DNA of 32,947 nt, taken from NCBI GenBank assembly GCA_045542475.1, contig JAZQLB010000156.1, forward strand, positions 1-32,947, given 5' to 3'. Below the pieces are notes generated by a model. That model ran no database searches. It was given only the letters and a program-made list of their open reading frames with translations, and was not told the DNA's origin. The DNA comes from Lachnospiraceae bacterium. Its GTDB lineage: Bacteria > Bacillota > Clostridia > Lachnospirales > Lachnospiraceae. This document shows, one piece after another, positions 8,891 to 17,572 of the stretch. The translations under genes and the position numbers were made by a program. How positions within the stretch are numbered: the stretch's first letter is position 1; each line of letters opens with the position of its first letter.

Positions 8891-10384
8891 TTATAAATCA
8901 TCATAACGCGAATAGAATTCCGCAATACTTCCCATTCCCTTTATAGATTCAAAATCCTTGTCACACCATGTATGTGGCTGCTTATAGTTCTCAAAGGAAA
9001 CTATTCCCTTAACACCATTATTACATTCAAACATATACTGTGCCACACTCAGTACTCCACTGGAATTAATCATCATACCATATTCACTGTCATCAGGATA
9101 ATTTCTTACATCATCTACAATATATGGCTTATCAACACTTAAGCCGGATTCAATAAGCTGCTTATCTGAATTCAGCTTAAGCAGTGCAGCATCTGAAACC
9201 TCCTTTAGTGCATCACTTTCCCAGCTTACATATTTCTCATAGCCCTTTCTTGTAACCAGATATACACAGGCTCTTTCCACACTACAAAAGGCTGTTGCCA
9301 CCTCAAGCACTCTTGCAACACTTTCCCTACAGCTGTGCCTCTCCATAAGAATATTGTATCCGTAACTGATAAGGCTCTTTCCTGTTGGCGGTATCTGTGC
9401 ATTATGATAACCTGTCTCATGCTCAGCAAGTGCATCCTTTGCGGCAGCCTCTACCTTCTTACTATAGAATACTACCCCGACCTCCTTCTGGTATGATGCC
9501 TCTTTTAATGCATCATATGAATTACTAAGGAGATTATTTGCCGCACCCTCACTATTTATCAGAATACTTACACCTGCATTAACATGGGCATCAATCCCAT
9601 ACAACGCCCCCATATCACTAATACTGTTTTTAAAAGCATTAATTGAAGGAATAATATCCATAATCTGATTCATGTCACTGGTAAATATACCAAATCGGTT
9701 AAATGCAAGACGACCAATAATACAACCATATGAGAAACACCTTTTTAATCTGCTCATAATATTAATAAGCAATTCTCCGGAATCCTGCTCCTTAACAGCA
9801 GCAAACATCTCATAATACTCCGGAATCTCCGCCTGTATGCACACAAACTGGGTATACAAATCTGCATCGGCACATTTCTTAAGAATCATACTTAAAAATT
9901 CATCTGCCCCCATAATTCCGGCTGCTGTATACTTAATCTTCGCCAAATCAACTGCATTTTTATAATGGTTAATATTGCTGATACGCCCTATAACCTCAAC
10001 AGCTCTGTCATTATTGTATATGGTCTTTCCCGTTATTCTATACCAGCTATATTCCCTGTCCCCCTGCATTTTAAGGCGGAATTCTCCTTCAATAAATCTC
10101 CTGTTACCTTCTGTTATACTCTTTATCAGTTCACTATATCTGTCACGGTCATTATCATGTACCATCTTGGCATATTCTGTTGTCTTCTCCAGATTGAACA
10201 TCCATGCCCCATACTTTGACACTTCTTCCCTGTCCGTATACTGCATAAATTTACGTGTCAGCAAATCATAACGAAATACAATATCCCCAGCCATTACAGC
10301 AACCTCTTTAAAAACATCTCTGTCCATAGCTCCCATGATAACACCTTCTCTCTTGCAAATTTCGACATAATTATCTATATTCAT
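8891..10384 (-). CDS. Cytoplasmic sensor protein: PAS - degenerate GGDEF-like - GAF
   Basis: The N-terminal PAS-like segment includes EGEFRLKMQGDREYSWYRITGKTIYNN. The central region is GGDEF-like but has NRFGIF where RxGGDEF is expected. The C-terminal ~150 aa are GAF-like. The ATG at 10336 (M17) has a better RBS (GAGAAGG) than the ATG at 10384. Confidence 0.65.
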   Translation of the reverse strand: MNIDNYVEICKREGVIMGAMDRDVFKEVAVMAGDIVFRYDLLTRKFMQYTDREEVSKYGAWMFNLEKTTEYAKMVHDNDRDRYSELIKSITEGNRRFIEGEFRLKMQGDREYSWYRITGKTIYNNDRAVEVIGRISNINHYKNAVDLAKIKYTAAGIMGADEFLSMILKKCADADLYTQFVCIQAEIPEYYEMFAAVKEQDSGELLINIMSRLKRCFSYGCIIGRLAFNRFGIFTSDMNQIMDIIPSINAFKNSISDMGALYGIDAHVNAGVSILINSEGAANNLLSNSYDALKEASYQKEVGVVFYSKKVEAAAKDALAEHETGYHNAQIPPTGKSLISYGYNILMERHSCRESVARVLEVATAFCSVERACVYLVTRKGYEKYVSWESDALKEVSDAALLKLNSDKQLIESGLSVDKPYIVDDVRNYPDDSEYGMMINSSGVLSVAQYMFECNNGVKGIVSFENYKQPHTWCDKDFESIKGMGSIAEFYSRYDDL

Positions 10385-10486
10385 TGTACTACATTTCCAA
10401 AAAAAAGCAATGTATATATCTTTATTATATTAAAGAGTAAAAGTATTCTGCATTAACAACGTGGACTTGAGTAATTTCCTATAACG

Positions 10487-10528
10487 TAAAAAATCGCATA
10501 ATAAGTTCCGAAAAACTCATTATGCGAT
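10487..10528 (-). terminator. Rho-independent terminator after the FKBP lipoprotein gene
   Basis: ATCGCATAAT / ATTATGCGAT 10-bp perfect stem (10493-10502 / 10519-10528), followed on the minus strand by a U-run. Confidence 0.8.
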
Positions 10529-10544
10529 ATTCTAATAAATTCGC

Positions 10545-11723
10545 TTAGTCAGCTATAACCATATTATTGTTCTCAACAAGGTATTCATTAACAAGCTCAA
10601 AAATAAAGCTCTCTCTTATATAATCCTCGCCGTAATCAGCTACAAATTCTGCTGCTGATGCATAGCCGTATTCAGAAGCATACTTTGATGCCATTGAGTT
10701 ATAATCCTCATCTGAAAGTGTCTTTCCAAGTGCCTTGTATATCTCACATGCAGTCATAATATAAGTAACCTCTGTCTCTGCCATAAGCTGACACTCTGTC
10801 TTAAGGTCCTCATCTGTCATACCATAATAAGTAGTAATATAGCCCTCGTAATCTGTACCCAGCATAGAAGCATATTGTGTGAACACCTGCACATAGTAAT
10901 TATAATAGTCATCCGAAATTGTTGCAAGCTTCTCCTCTGGAAGAGAGTTAACAATTAAATTCTCTGTAATCTTAGTCCAGATTCCATTCTCATACTCAGC
11001 CTTCTGTGACTCTTCTGCCTGTGTCTTTAACTCGGCTGTAAAATATGCCTCGAAATCAGCTGCTGTTGTGTACTGTCCGCCTGTATACTCATTAACCATG
11101 GCATCACTCCACTCAACTGCTGTCTTCTCGCCTTCAATCCAGTTAACGGTTACCTTAAAGATTACTTCCTTGCCTGCTAATTCTGCATTGGTATATCCCT
11201 CTGGGAATGTACATGGAAGCTCATATTCCTTACCTACCTCAAGTCCGATAAGCTGGCTGTCTAAATCCTCGATAAACTGACCTGAACCTGCTGTATAAGA
11301 TACACCTGTTGCTGTACCGCCTGCAAAAGCCACATCATCAAGATATCCTGCATAGTCCATATTAATGCTGTCACCCTCTGCAACTACTCCAGTTGTAATA
11401 TGCTCACCCTCAAGAATATAGTCATTATAATAAGCAACAACCTCATCCTTATATGCCTGAATATCCTCTTCTGTAATCTCCGCTGAGGCAACCTCTATAT
11501 CAAGACCGGTATACTGTCCCAATGTAATATATCCGCTGTAGTCAGCAACCTGTGTTGTCTGCTTAATAGGCTCTGCTGCTACTGTTGACTCTGTCTCTCC
11601 TGTTGCATTAGTTGCACCCTCTGCACCTGTTGTTGTCTCTGTGCTAACACTGTCCTTACTACAAGCACTAAGACTAAATACCATTGCTGTTACAAGTAAC
11701 AGTGATAATAATTTCTTCTTCAC
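10545..11723 (-). CDS. Lipoprotein with a trigger-factor-type FKBP peptidyl-prolyl isomerase domain
   Basis: Signal peptide with lipobox LSAC. The PPIase block is GDSINMDYAGYLDDVAFAGGTATGVSYTAGSGQFIEDLDSQLIGLEVGKEYELPCTFPEGYTNAELAGKEVIFKVTV. GTG start at 11723 with GGAGG 7 nt upstream. Confidence 0.7.
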   Translation of the reverse strand: MKKKLLSLLLVTAMVFSLSACSKDSVSTETTTGAEGATNATGETESTVAAEPIKQTTQVADYSGYITLGQYTGLDIEVASAEITEEDIQAYKDEVVAYYNDYILEGEHITTGVVAEGDSINMDYAGYLDDVAFAGGTATGVSYTAGSGQFIEDLDSQLIGLEVGKEYELPCTFPEGYTNAELAGKEVIFKVTVNWIEGEKTAVEWSDAMVNEYTGGQYTTAADFEAYFTAELKTQAEESQKAEYENGIWTKITENLIVNSLPEEKLATISDDYYNYYVQVFTQYASMLGTDYEGYITTYYGMTDEDLKTECQLMAETEVTYIMTACEIYKALGKTLSDEDYNSMASKYASEYGYASAAEFVADYGEDYIRESFIFELVNEYLVENNNMVIAD

Positions 11724-11850
11724 TTTGTTTCCTCCAATTCCTCGCCCTATGGCTTTAAAAAATCATTCAATCAAGCAGGATGAATCCTACTCAATGCTAC
11801 GATATTTGCCGAATGTGAATGCAAATATTCATGGTCGGCTCATTATTCGC

Positions 11851-11883
11851 AAAAATAACCGCCATGTCTACACACAGCGGTTA
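11851..11883 (-). terminator. Terminator after the AAA+ gene
   Basis: TAACCGC / GCGGTTA stem (11856-11862 / 11877-11883), followed by a U-run on the minus strand. The loop is rather large. Confidence 0.5.
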
Positions 11884-11918
11884 GATTATATCACGAACAA
11901 TATTAAAAAGTAAAGCAT

Positions 11919-13268
11919 TTAACTAAAGTTCACAAAATTTTCAAGGTCTTCTGCCTCAATAGTAACAAGCATCTTATCATCCAGATTATTAATACTTCCC
12001 ACAAGTCGTCCTGCCTGTCTGGAAATCGCCTTTTCAAAATAGTTACGAACCTCTCTTGCATTAGCGAAATTCTCAGTCTTATTCTCACATGCCTGTGTAA
12101 AGTAATCAAGAGCCTTTGCCTTGGCTTCCTCCGAGAACTCATACTGCTGTCCCTTTGCCATACTGAGAAGAATCTGACAAAGCTCCTGTGGATTATAATC
12201 ATCAAAGAAAATAAATTTATTAAATCTTGAACGAAGTCCCGGATTAGAGCTTAAGAACTCATCCATAAGATCCGGATAGCCTGCAACAATAACAATCAGA
12301 TTATCCCTGTTATCCTCCATCGCCTTAAGCAGGGTATCCACAGCCTCCTGACCGAAGTCACCCTCACCCTTATTGGCTGTAAGTGTATATGCCTCATCTA
12401 TAAAGAGAATTCCACCAAGTGCCTTTTCCACAACCTCCATAACCTTAGTTGCAGTCTGACCTATGTAGCCGCTAACCAGCCCCGCACGGTCAACCTCAAT
12501 AAGCTGTCCCCCGGAGAGAATACCAAGCGCACTGTATATTCCTGCAAGCATTCTGGCAATAGTAGTCTTACCGGTACCCGGATTACCCGAGAACACAAGA
12601 TGCTTTGATACATTAGGCTGCTTCATACCGCGTTCTTCTCTCAGCTTCTGTATCTTTAGAAGATTAACAAGGCTGTTAACCTCCTTTTTAACACCCTCAA
12701 GGCCAACCAGTGCATTAAGCTCCTCTAAAACCTCTTCTACAGAACGCTTCTCCACCTTCTGCTCCTTAACTGCAAGCTTACTGGTGTACAGTCCATAATC
12801 CTTAAGAAAACCCTCCAGTACCGCCATATAATCAGTTAAAAGCTTAATCTCGTCCTCACTGGTCACATCATTACAGGCAACAAATTCCTGTCCCAGACTT
12901 CTAAAGGTATTAACAAGCTCATTTGCTCTCTTTTTATTATCCTTAATCTTATGTCCTGCATCACAAAGTACAAAGCCCTTTAAAGCAAAAGGTGGCTCTT
13001 TCCTATACTCATCCTTATTAATATTATCATAAAAAATAATGGACTTTATCTGTGCCTCTGTCAGTTTATAACCCAGATTATCGTTAATAAAAGCTATTTC
13101 CTTTGAATCCGTATAGCCATCCCCGGTACTCAAATACGCTAAAAACTTAAGAAATTCATATCTTAAATTCTCTCTAAAGGTAGTATTAAGCTTGTCCTTA
13201 ATGACTCCTGCTCTCTCGATTTCCTCGGCAGTCTTAAGCGCCGCATCGATTTTCTCTTTAATGCTCAT
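11919..13268 (-). CDS. SpoVK/CbxX-type AAA+ ATPase with an N-terminal TerB-like domain
   Basis: Walker A GNPGTGKTTIARMLAG, Walker B GGILFIDEAYTL, and GYPDLMDEFLSSNPGLRSRF typical of the CbxX/SpoVK clade. The N-terminal ~160 aa (FLAYLSTGDGYTDSKEIAFINDNLG) look TerB-like. Confidence 0.8.
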   Translation of the reverse strand: MSIKEKIDAALKTAEEIERAGVIKDKLNTTFRENLRYEFLKFLAYLSTGDGYTDSKEIAFINDNLGYKLTEAQIKSIIFYDNINKDEYRKEPPFALKGFVLCDAGHKIKDNKKRANELVNTFRSLGQEFVACNDVTSEDEIKLLTDYMAVLEGFLKDYGLYTSKLAVKEQKVEKRSVEEVLEELNALVGLEGVKKEVNSLVNLLKIQKLREERGMKQPNVSKHLVFSGNPGTGKTTIARMLAGIYSALGILSGGQLIEVDRAGLVSGYIGQTATKVMEVVEKALGGILFIDEAYTLTANKGEGDFGQEAVDTLLKAMEDNRDNLIVIVAGYPDLMDEFLSSNPGLRSRFNKFIFFDDYNPQELCQILLSMAKGQQYEFSEEAKAKALDYFTQACENKTENFANAREVRNYFEKAISRQAGRLVGSINNLDDKMLVTIEAEDLENFVNFS

Positions 13269-13285
13269 TTTTGCCCCCGCTTCCT

Positions 13286-14353
13286 CTATTTAAGTATAGT
13301 TACATATTTTTCTGCACCCTGTGACAAATACACCTCATAATCCTCTGTCACAAAAACCGCATATATATCTTCAAGCCCATCTATATACTCCATGCCCTTA
13401 TCAAGTCCCATTACATAACATGCTGTACTTAAAGCATCCGCAGTCATAGACTCTTTCGCAATAATGGTTACTGATAAAAGCCCATTATCCACCGGCATTC
13501 CCGTTACTGAATCCAGTATATGATGGTAAAAAATATCATCCTGTATAAAATATCTCTGATAGCACCCCGATGTCACAAGAGACATATCCATAAGGCTAAC
13601 CCTTGCAATAATCTCTCCGCTTTCACTAAAAGGCTTCTGTATACCAAGGGCAAAATTCTTATTCTGCCCATCCTCTGACTTACCACCAATACATAGAATA
13701 TTGCCGCCCAAATCAATAATTGCACTCTTTACACCATTTTCCTGAAGGTATTCTTTAATTCTGTCAGCGATATAGCCCTTTGCAAATGCACCCAAATCAA
13801 TTATCGCTCCACCAGTATTAATGTAATTATCCTCTTCAAAGCTTATATTTCTATAATCAACATTTTTTAGCACATTGTCAAGCTCTTCTTGTGTTGGAAG
13901 CTTATATGGCGGCGTTACAAATTCCCAACTGCCGCTTAGCGCACCCACTGCCACGTTAACAGCTCCATTAGTCTGCTCGCTCCAACAATATGCCATATTA
14001 ATAAGCTCATACAAATTATCGCTTACCTGCATATGCCCGCTTTTATTAAGCTTATATAATTCACTTTTCTCCTCAGTCCTGCTAAAAAGAAGCTCATATT
14101 CATTGCAAAGCGCTATTGCCCCCTGTGCTTTTTCATAGGCTTCCTCCTCATCCATACCGTATATGGTAACGGTTACATAGGTGTTAAGTGAATAGCCCGA
14201 TACTGATACCTTGTTATTCGCTGCCTTGCAACCGCTAAGCCCCATAGCAACAAACACCAGCCCCATCAGAAACGCAGCTATAAATCTCTTTTTTATTCCA
14301 CATTCCCAGTCTGCACAGGTTCTGTTTCCACCATTTTTCAATCCGTTACTCAT
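13286..14353 (-). CDS. apbE: ApbE-family FAD:protein FMN transferase, lipoprotein
   Basis: Lipobox LSGC, plus ApbE-type blocks IDLGAFAKGYIADRI, IDLGGNI and TSGCYQRYF. Its start overlaps the upstream stop by 8 nt (ATGAGTAA). Confidence 0.85.
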   Translation of the reverse strand: MSNGLKNGGNRTCADWECGIKKRFIAAFLMGLVFVAMGLSGCKAANNKVSVSGYSLNTYVTVTIYGMDEEEAYEKAQGAIALCNEYELLFSRTEEKSELYKLNKSGHMQVSDNLYELINMAYCWSEQTNGAVNVAVGALSGSWEFVTPPYKLPTQEELDNVLKNVDYRNISFEEDNYINTGGAIIDLGAFAKGYIADRIKEYLQENGVKSAIIDLGGNILCIGGKSEDGQNKNFALGIQKPFSESGEIIARVSLMDMSLVTSGCYQRYFIQDDIFYHHILDSVTGMPVDNGLLSVTIIAKESMTADALSTACYVMGLDKGMEYIDGLEDIYAVFVTEDYEVYLSQGAEKYVTILK

Positions 14354-15026
14354 TATCTGCTCCCATCAAATCCACCTTTATGGCTCTGTCAATCCACTCC
14401 ATAGCCGTAACAATAAAATCCTTTGTTACATCAAGGGTGAATATCTTTGACTTTTCCACATCCGGTTTTGCTGACTCCTTAAAAAGCTTATCGTAAAAGT
14501 GAATCATTTCACAAGTCTCCGCCGCCGTAATCATACCCGGCATTTCAACCGCCTCCGTAGTAAGCAGCAGTTCAAACAGCTCCCTGCTCTCACCATAGCT
14601 GTGATACAGATAATTATCCATAGCAATGGCATCCTCTCTGTAAATCTTCATAAAATCAGCAAATTCCAGATTACTTTCATTAATTGCCGGTCCAAATATT
14701 TTAATACAATTAAAATCATCCGTCAGCATATGAATGGTGTAGCCCAGTATGTAATCCCGCTCCGTCCTATCCTTATTCTCATGATAAAACCTGCATATAT
14801 TCCTACGCCACTCCTCCACCTGCTCAGCAGTTCGTACATATCCCCAGCGGATGTGCTCAGGAAGAACATGACTGCGTTCCTTGTATGCAGGAGTATAAGC
14901 TTCACGCATATGTACTGCATCAGGAGCAAGACTTCCTAAAAGAAACTGTGCCTTGTTCTTAATATCTATATCAGTTTTTTTATAAAACTCATTCGCTATT
15001 ATCAGGTGTGTCATTAAGTAGGACAT
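14346..15026 (-). CDS. Zinc-dependent phospholipase C-like family protein (low-confidence family call)
   Basis: 226 aa. The N-terminal THLIIANE...GSLAPDAVH...SH pattern resembles the His/Asp metal ligands of the Zn_dep_PLPC fold. GAGG RBS. Confidence 0.5.
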   Translation of the reverse strand: MSYLMTHLIIANEFYKKTDIDIKNKAQFLLGSLAPDAVHMREAYTPAYKERSHVLPEHIRWGYVRTAEQVEEWRRNICRFYHENKDRTERDYILGYTIHMLTDDFNCIKIFGPAINESNLEFADFMKIYREDAIAMDNYLYHSYGESRELFELLLTTEAVEMPGMITAAETCEMIHFYDKLFKESAKPDVEKSKIFTLDVTKDFIVTAMEWIDRAIKVDLMGADNE

Positions 15027-15075
15027 ATTTTACCTCGTTTCATGCTATATGTTCATAATTCAAATTAGAGCTTTG

Positions 15076-16167
15076 TTACTCCCATTCGCTGATTTGCAAT
15101 TCCAGACCTGTCATTTCTTTAATCTCGCTCCTTGTAAAGTAATTAACATACCAGGTACTCATTGGAAGCTTTTCGCCATTTTCTATATAATAGTAACCTT
15201 CTTTATCGCCCTGATTCACTAAATAATCTACATTATCGTCCTCACCATATACATCCTCATACACATAGTCGCAAAAATCATGGGATATCTCGTATTCATT
15301 TCCATCCACTCCAACAAAGCTATATGCCCAACAGTCTCCTTCAACCTCAAATCCCTCTTTTATAAGTATCTCATAAAGAGCTCCATAGCTTATAACATAA
15401 CCATATTTGTTAGCACATAAATCATCATAAAATTCATATGTTCCATCTTCTCTCTGGATACTGATACATTTACTGTAACCCTTAAGTATCTGCACAAGCT
15501 CTTCATCAGTAAAATCTTCCAGCTGGTCCTCAAAGCGGTAGCTGAGACATACACAAGCATATGTACTCAATGCATCCTCATAATCCGCCTCTGTAATCTT
15601 CTCGGCATTTATATATATGTCTCCATCAGCAAGCTCATATTCACATTGATTTCTTAATATATTCTGATGCTCTAAAAGAACAGATATTGTTATATCATAA
15701 TCAGTATCCTCTACATATTCCGAAAAATCAATAAGCTCATCAAACAGTTTTCTTAACTCTTCTCTGCTTTCATACTCTCCAACCAGACGATAACAAGGCA
15801 TTCCCTTGTCCTCATACTCCTCCAGCTCAATATCAGCAAGTCCGTCATACTCACCAAAAAGCTTCTTTAAAATAACAGTTTCATAGTTATCTGACAAAGA
15901 ACTAACTTCAGCTACCTGCCCCACTGAATGGTAATCAATTACATTAAAAACTATTTCCTCCTCACCGTTTAAGGTAACTGTCCACAAATAGTCCGTATAG
16001 TTCTTTCCATTCTCAATCACTTTCGGAGACGAGCTTACCGTAACGTTGTCAAAGCCTAATTCCTCTTTCACATATTTTTTAACATCTGATTTGGTATGCT
16101 TCTTCGCACAGCCGCCAAGTAACATGCCACACATTACAATCAGCATTATAAATACTATTTTTTTCAT
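15076..16167 (-). CDS. Acidic lipoprotein, unknown function
   Basis: Start placed at 16167 (MKKIVFIMLIVMCGMLLGGCAKK, lipobox LGGC) with AAGGAG 7 nt upstream. The track start at 16206 would lie upstream of the predicted transcription start. Confidence 0.65.
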   Translation of the reverse strand: MKKIVFIMLIVMCGMLLGGCAKKHTKSDVKKYVKEELGFDNVTVSSSPKVIENGKNYTDYLWTVTLNGEEEIVFNVIDYHSVGQVAEVSSLSDNYETVILKKLFGEYDGLADIELEEYEDKGMPCYRLVGEYESREELRKLFDELIDFSEYVEDTDYDITISVLLEHQNILRNQCEYELADGDIYINAEKITEADYEDALSTYACVCLSYRFEDQLEDFTDEELVQILKGYSKCISIQREDGTYEFYDDLCANKYGYVISYGALYEILIKEGFEVEGDCWAYSFVGVDGNEYEISHDFCDYVYEDVYGEDDNVDYLVNQGDKEGYYYIENGEKLPMSTWYVNYFTRSEIKEMTGLELQISEWE

Positions 16168-16209
16168 TTTTATACTCCTTTTATCTTCCTTTTTTATAAT
16201 ATCCAAGTG

Positions 16210-16238
16210 ATTTTATCATATTTTTTAACAGTATTCAA
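16210..16238 (-). promoter_or_regulatory. Sigma-A-type promoter for the lipoprotein/ApbE block
   Basis: On the minus strand: TTGAAT (16233-16238), 17-nt spacer, TAAAAT (16210-16215). Confidence 0.5.
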
Positions 16239-16373
16239 CATTTCAAAGTTGACAAGCAAAATGGCAGAAAAACAAAAGTTTTTTACAGCTTACATAATAG
16301 TAATTTTCGCTTTTTCTTTCTCTTGTCGAGAAAAGCAAGCAACTTATTGAAAGTATTATTGTCAATTCACATA

Positions 16374-16402
16374 TTGACATAATTCGCTTTCTGTGTTATT
16401 AT
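16374..16402 (+). promoter_or_regulatory. Near-consensus sigma-A promoter upstream of the Rpn-type gene
   Basis: TTGACA (16374-16379), 17-nt spacer, TATTAT (16397-16402). This implies a leader of about 150 nt before the ATG at 16561. Confidence 0.6.
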
Positions 16403-16560
16403 GTTATTGTAATGTAAGTGAAAATAATCCACCTGTTATCTTTCAGGTCGTATCTTGGCTATTCGCCAATATTTTTTCACATTCTTAATTAAAATATTGG
16501 CAGGCTGATGAATAACTATATACTATAACCACATATGGTCTGCCGGAAAAGGAGTATTAT

Positions 16561-17433
16561 ATGATTAATGGCAAACCATTTGAAGAACTGGATTTACTTG
16601 ACGACTTTATGATTAACGCAGTAGTGGCAGACCCTGATGTGGGCGAGGCTTTTTGCAGGAAGCTGCTTTCCGTTCTTTTACAGCGAAGTATTGGGAAGCT
16701 GAACATTGTCGCACAAAGAATTATCCCTGCACCAACTCCCGGACTTCGAGGGATACGCATGGATGTGGAGATTACGGAATATTCAGACACAACGGAGACT
16801 GTACATAACATTTATGACCTTGAGCCACATTTGCAAAAAGATATGAATTTTCCAAGGCATAACCGCTTCTATCAGGCTAAGATAGACAGCCGCTACATGC
16901 ACAGTAGGGATAATGATTTTTCACATATGCCCAATCTGTATGTTATTACAATTACTAACTTTGATCCGTTTGGGCAGGATTATATGATGTATACTGTTAA
17001 TAACCAGTTCAATGAGGTTGATGAGCTTGAGTATGATGATGGGCTTAAGTTTATCTATTTTTATACAGGCGGGAGAAAGGGTGGTAATGAGGATATTAAG
17101 ATACTTTTGAAATATCTTCAGAATAGTACCATAGAGAATGCCACTAATGAAACTACAAAAGAAATTCATGAATATACCAGCAGAGTAAAGCTTATACCGG
17201 AGGTGAGGAAGGAATATATGAAATTTGAGGAATTGATGACGTATGCCAGACTTGAAGGACGTGATGATGGGCGTACTGATGCCATAATCGAACTTCTTTC
17301 TCTCCATGGTGAAGTTTCAACAGCACTGTACACACAGATAAAGTCTGAACGTAATTCTGCTACCTTACGCAGATGGCTTTTACTGGCTGCAAAGGTGGAA
17401 TCTATTGAGGAATTTGCTAATCAGATGATATAA
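16561..17433 (+). CDS. PD-(D/E)XK nuclease family transposase / Rpn-type recombination-promoting nuclease
   Basis: 290 aa with family-typical blocks LLDDFM, GIRMDVEI, IYDLEPH, RHNRFYQAKID and NFDPFGQDYMMY, plus a helical C-terminal tail. AAGGAG RBS. Confidence 0.8.
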   Translation: MINGKPFEELDLLDDFMINAVVADPDVGEAFCRKLLSVLLQRSIGKLNIVAQRIIPAPTPGLRGIRMDVEITEYSDTTETVHNIYDLEPHLQKDMNFPRHNRFYQAKIDSRYMHSRDNDFSHMPNLYVITITNFDPFGQDYMMYTVNNQFNEVDELEYDDGLKFIYFYTGGRKGGNEDIKILLKYLQNSTIENATNETTKEIHEYTSRVKLIPEVRKEYMKFEELMTYARLEGRDDGRTDAIIELLSLHGEVSTALYTQIKSERNSATLRRWLLLAAKVESIEEFANQMI

Positions 17434-17501
17434 TGGAAAATAAGTTAAGTCAGAAAAAAGCACTTAAATAATATTGCTCTCTCATAATATTTTATTTATA
17501 C

Positions 17502-17558
17502 AAAAAGGTATCGTTACTATTGTGATAACATATAGCCAATAGTAGCGATACCTTTTTT
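17502..17558. terminator. Bidirectional terminator between the convergent Rpn-type and HIT genes
   Basis: GGTATCGTTACTATT / AATAGTAGCGATACC 15-bp stem (one G-U/A-C position), flanked by AAAAA on the left and TTTTTT on the right. Confidence 0.8.
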
Positions 17559-17572
17559 CGTACTAATCCTAA

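Noticed and set aside
11641-11913. Track ORF in the gap between the AAA+ and FKBP-lipoprotein genes (and the similar ORF at 1459-1653)
   Set aside because: These are intergenic. They overlap terminator hairpins and the start of the neighbouring gene, and have no RBS or recognisable motif.
10545-16167. The minus-strand block of lipoproteins, ApbE, AAA+ and the PLC-like protein as a single novel multi-gene system (for example a defence island)
   Set aside because: The genes are separated by terminators or large gaps (11724-11918, 15027-15075). Most have ordinary housekeeping-type families, and no nuclease, methylase or other immunity hallmark is present. Only the ApbE/PLC-like pair shows real coupling, and that is reported separately.
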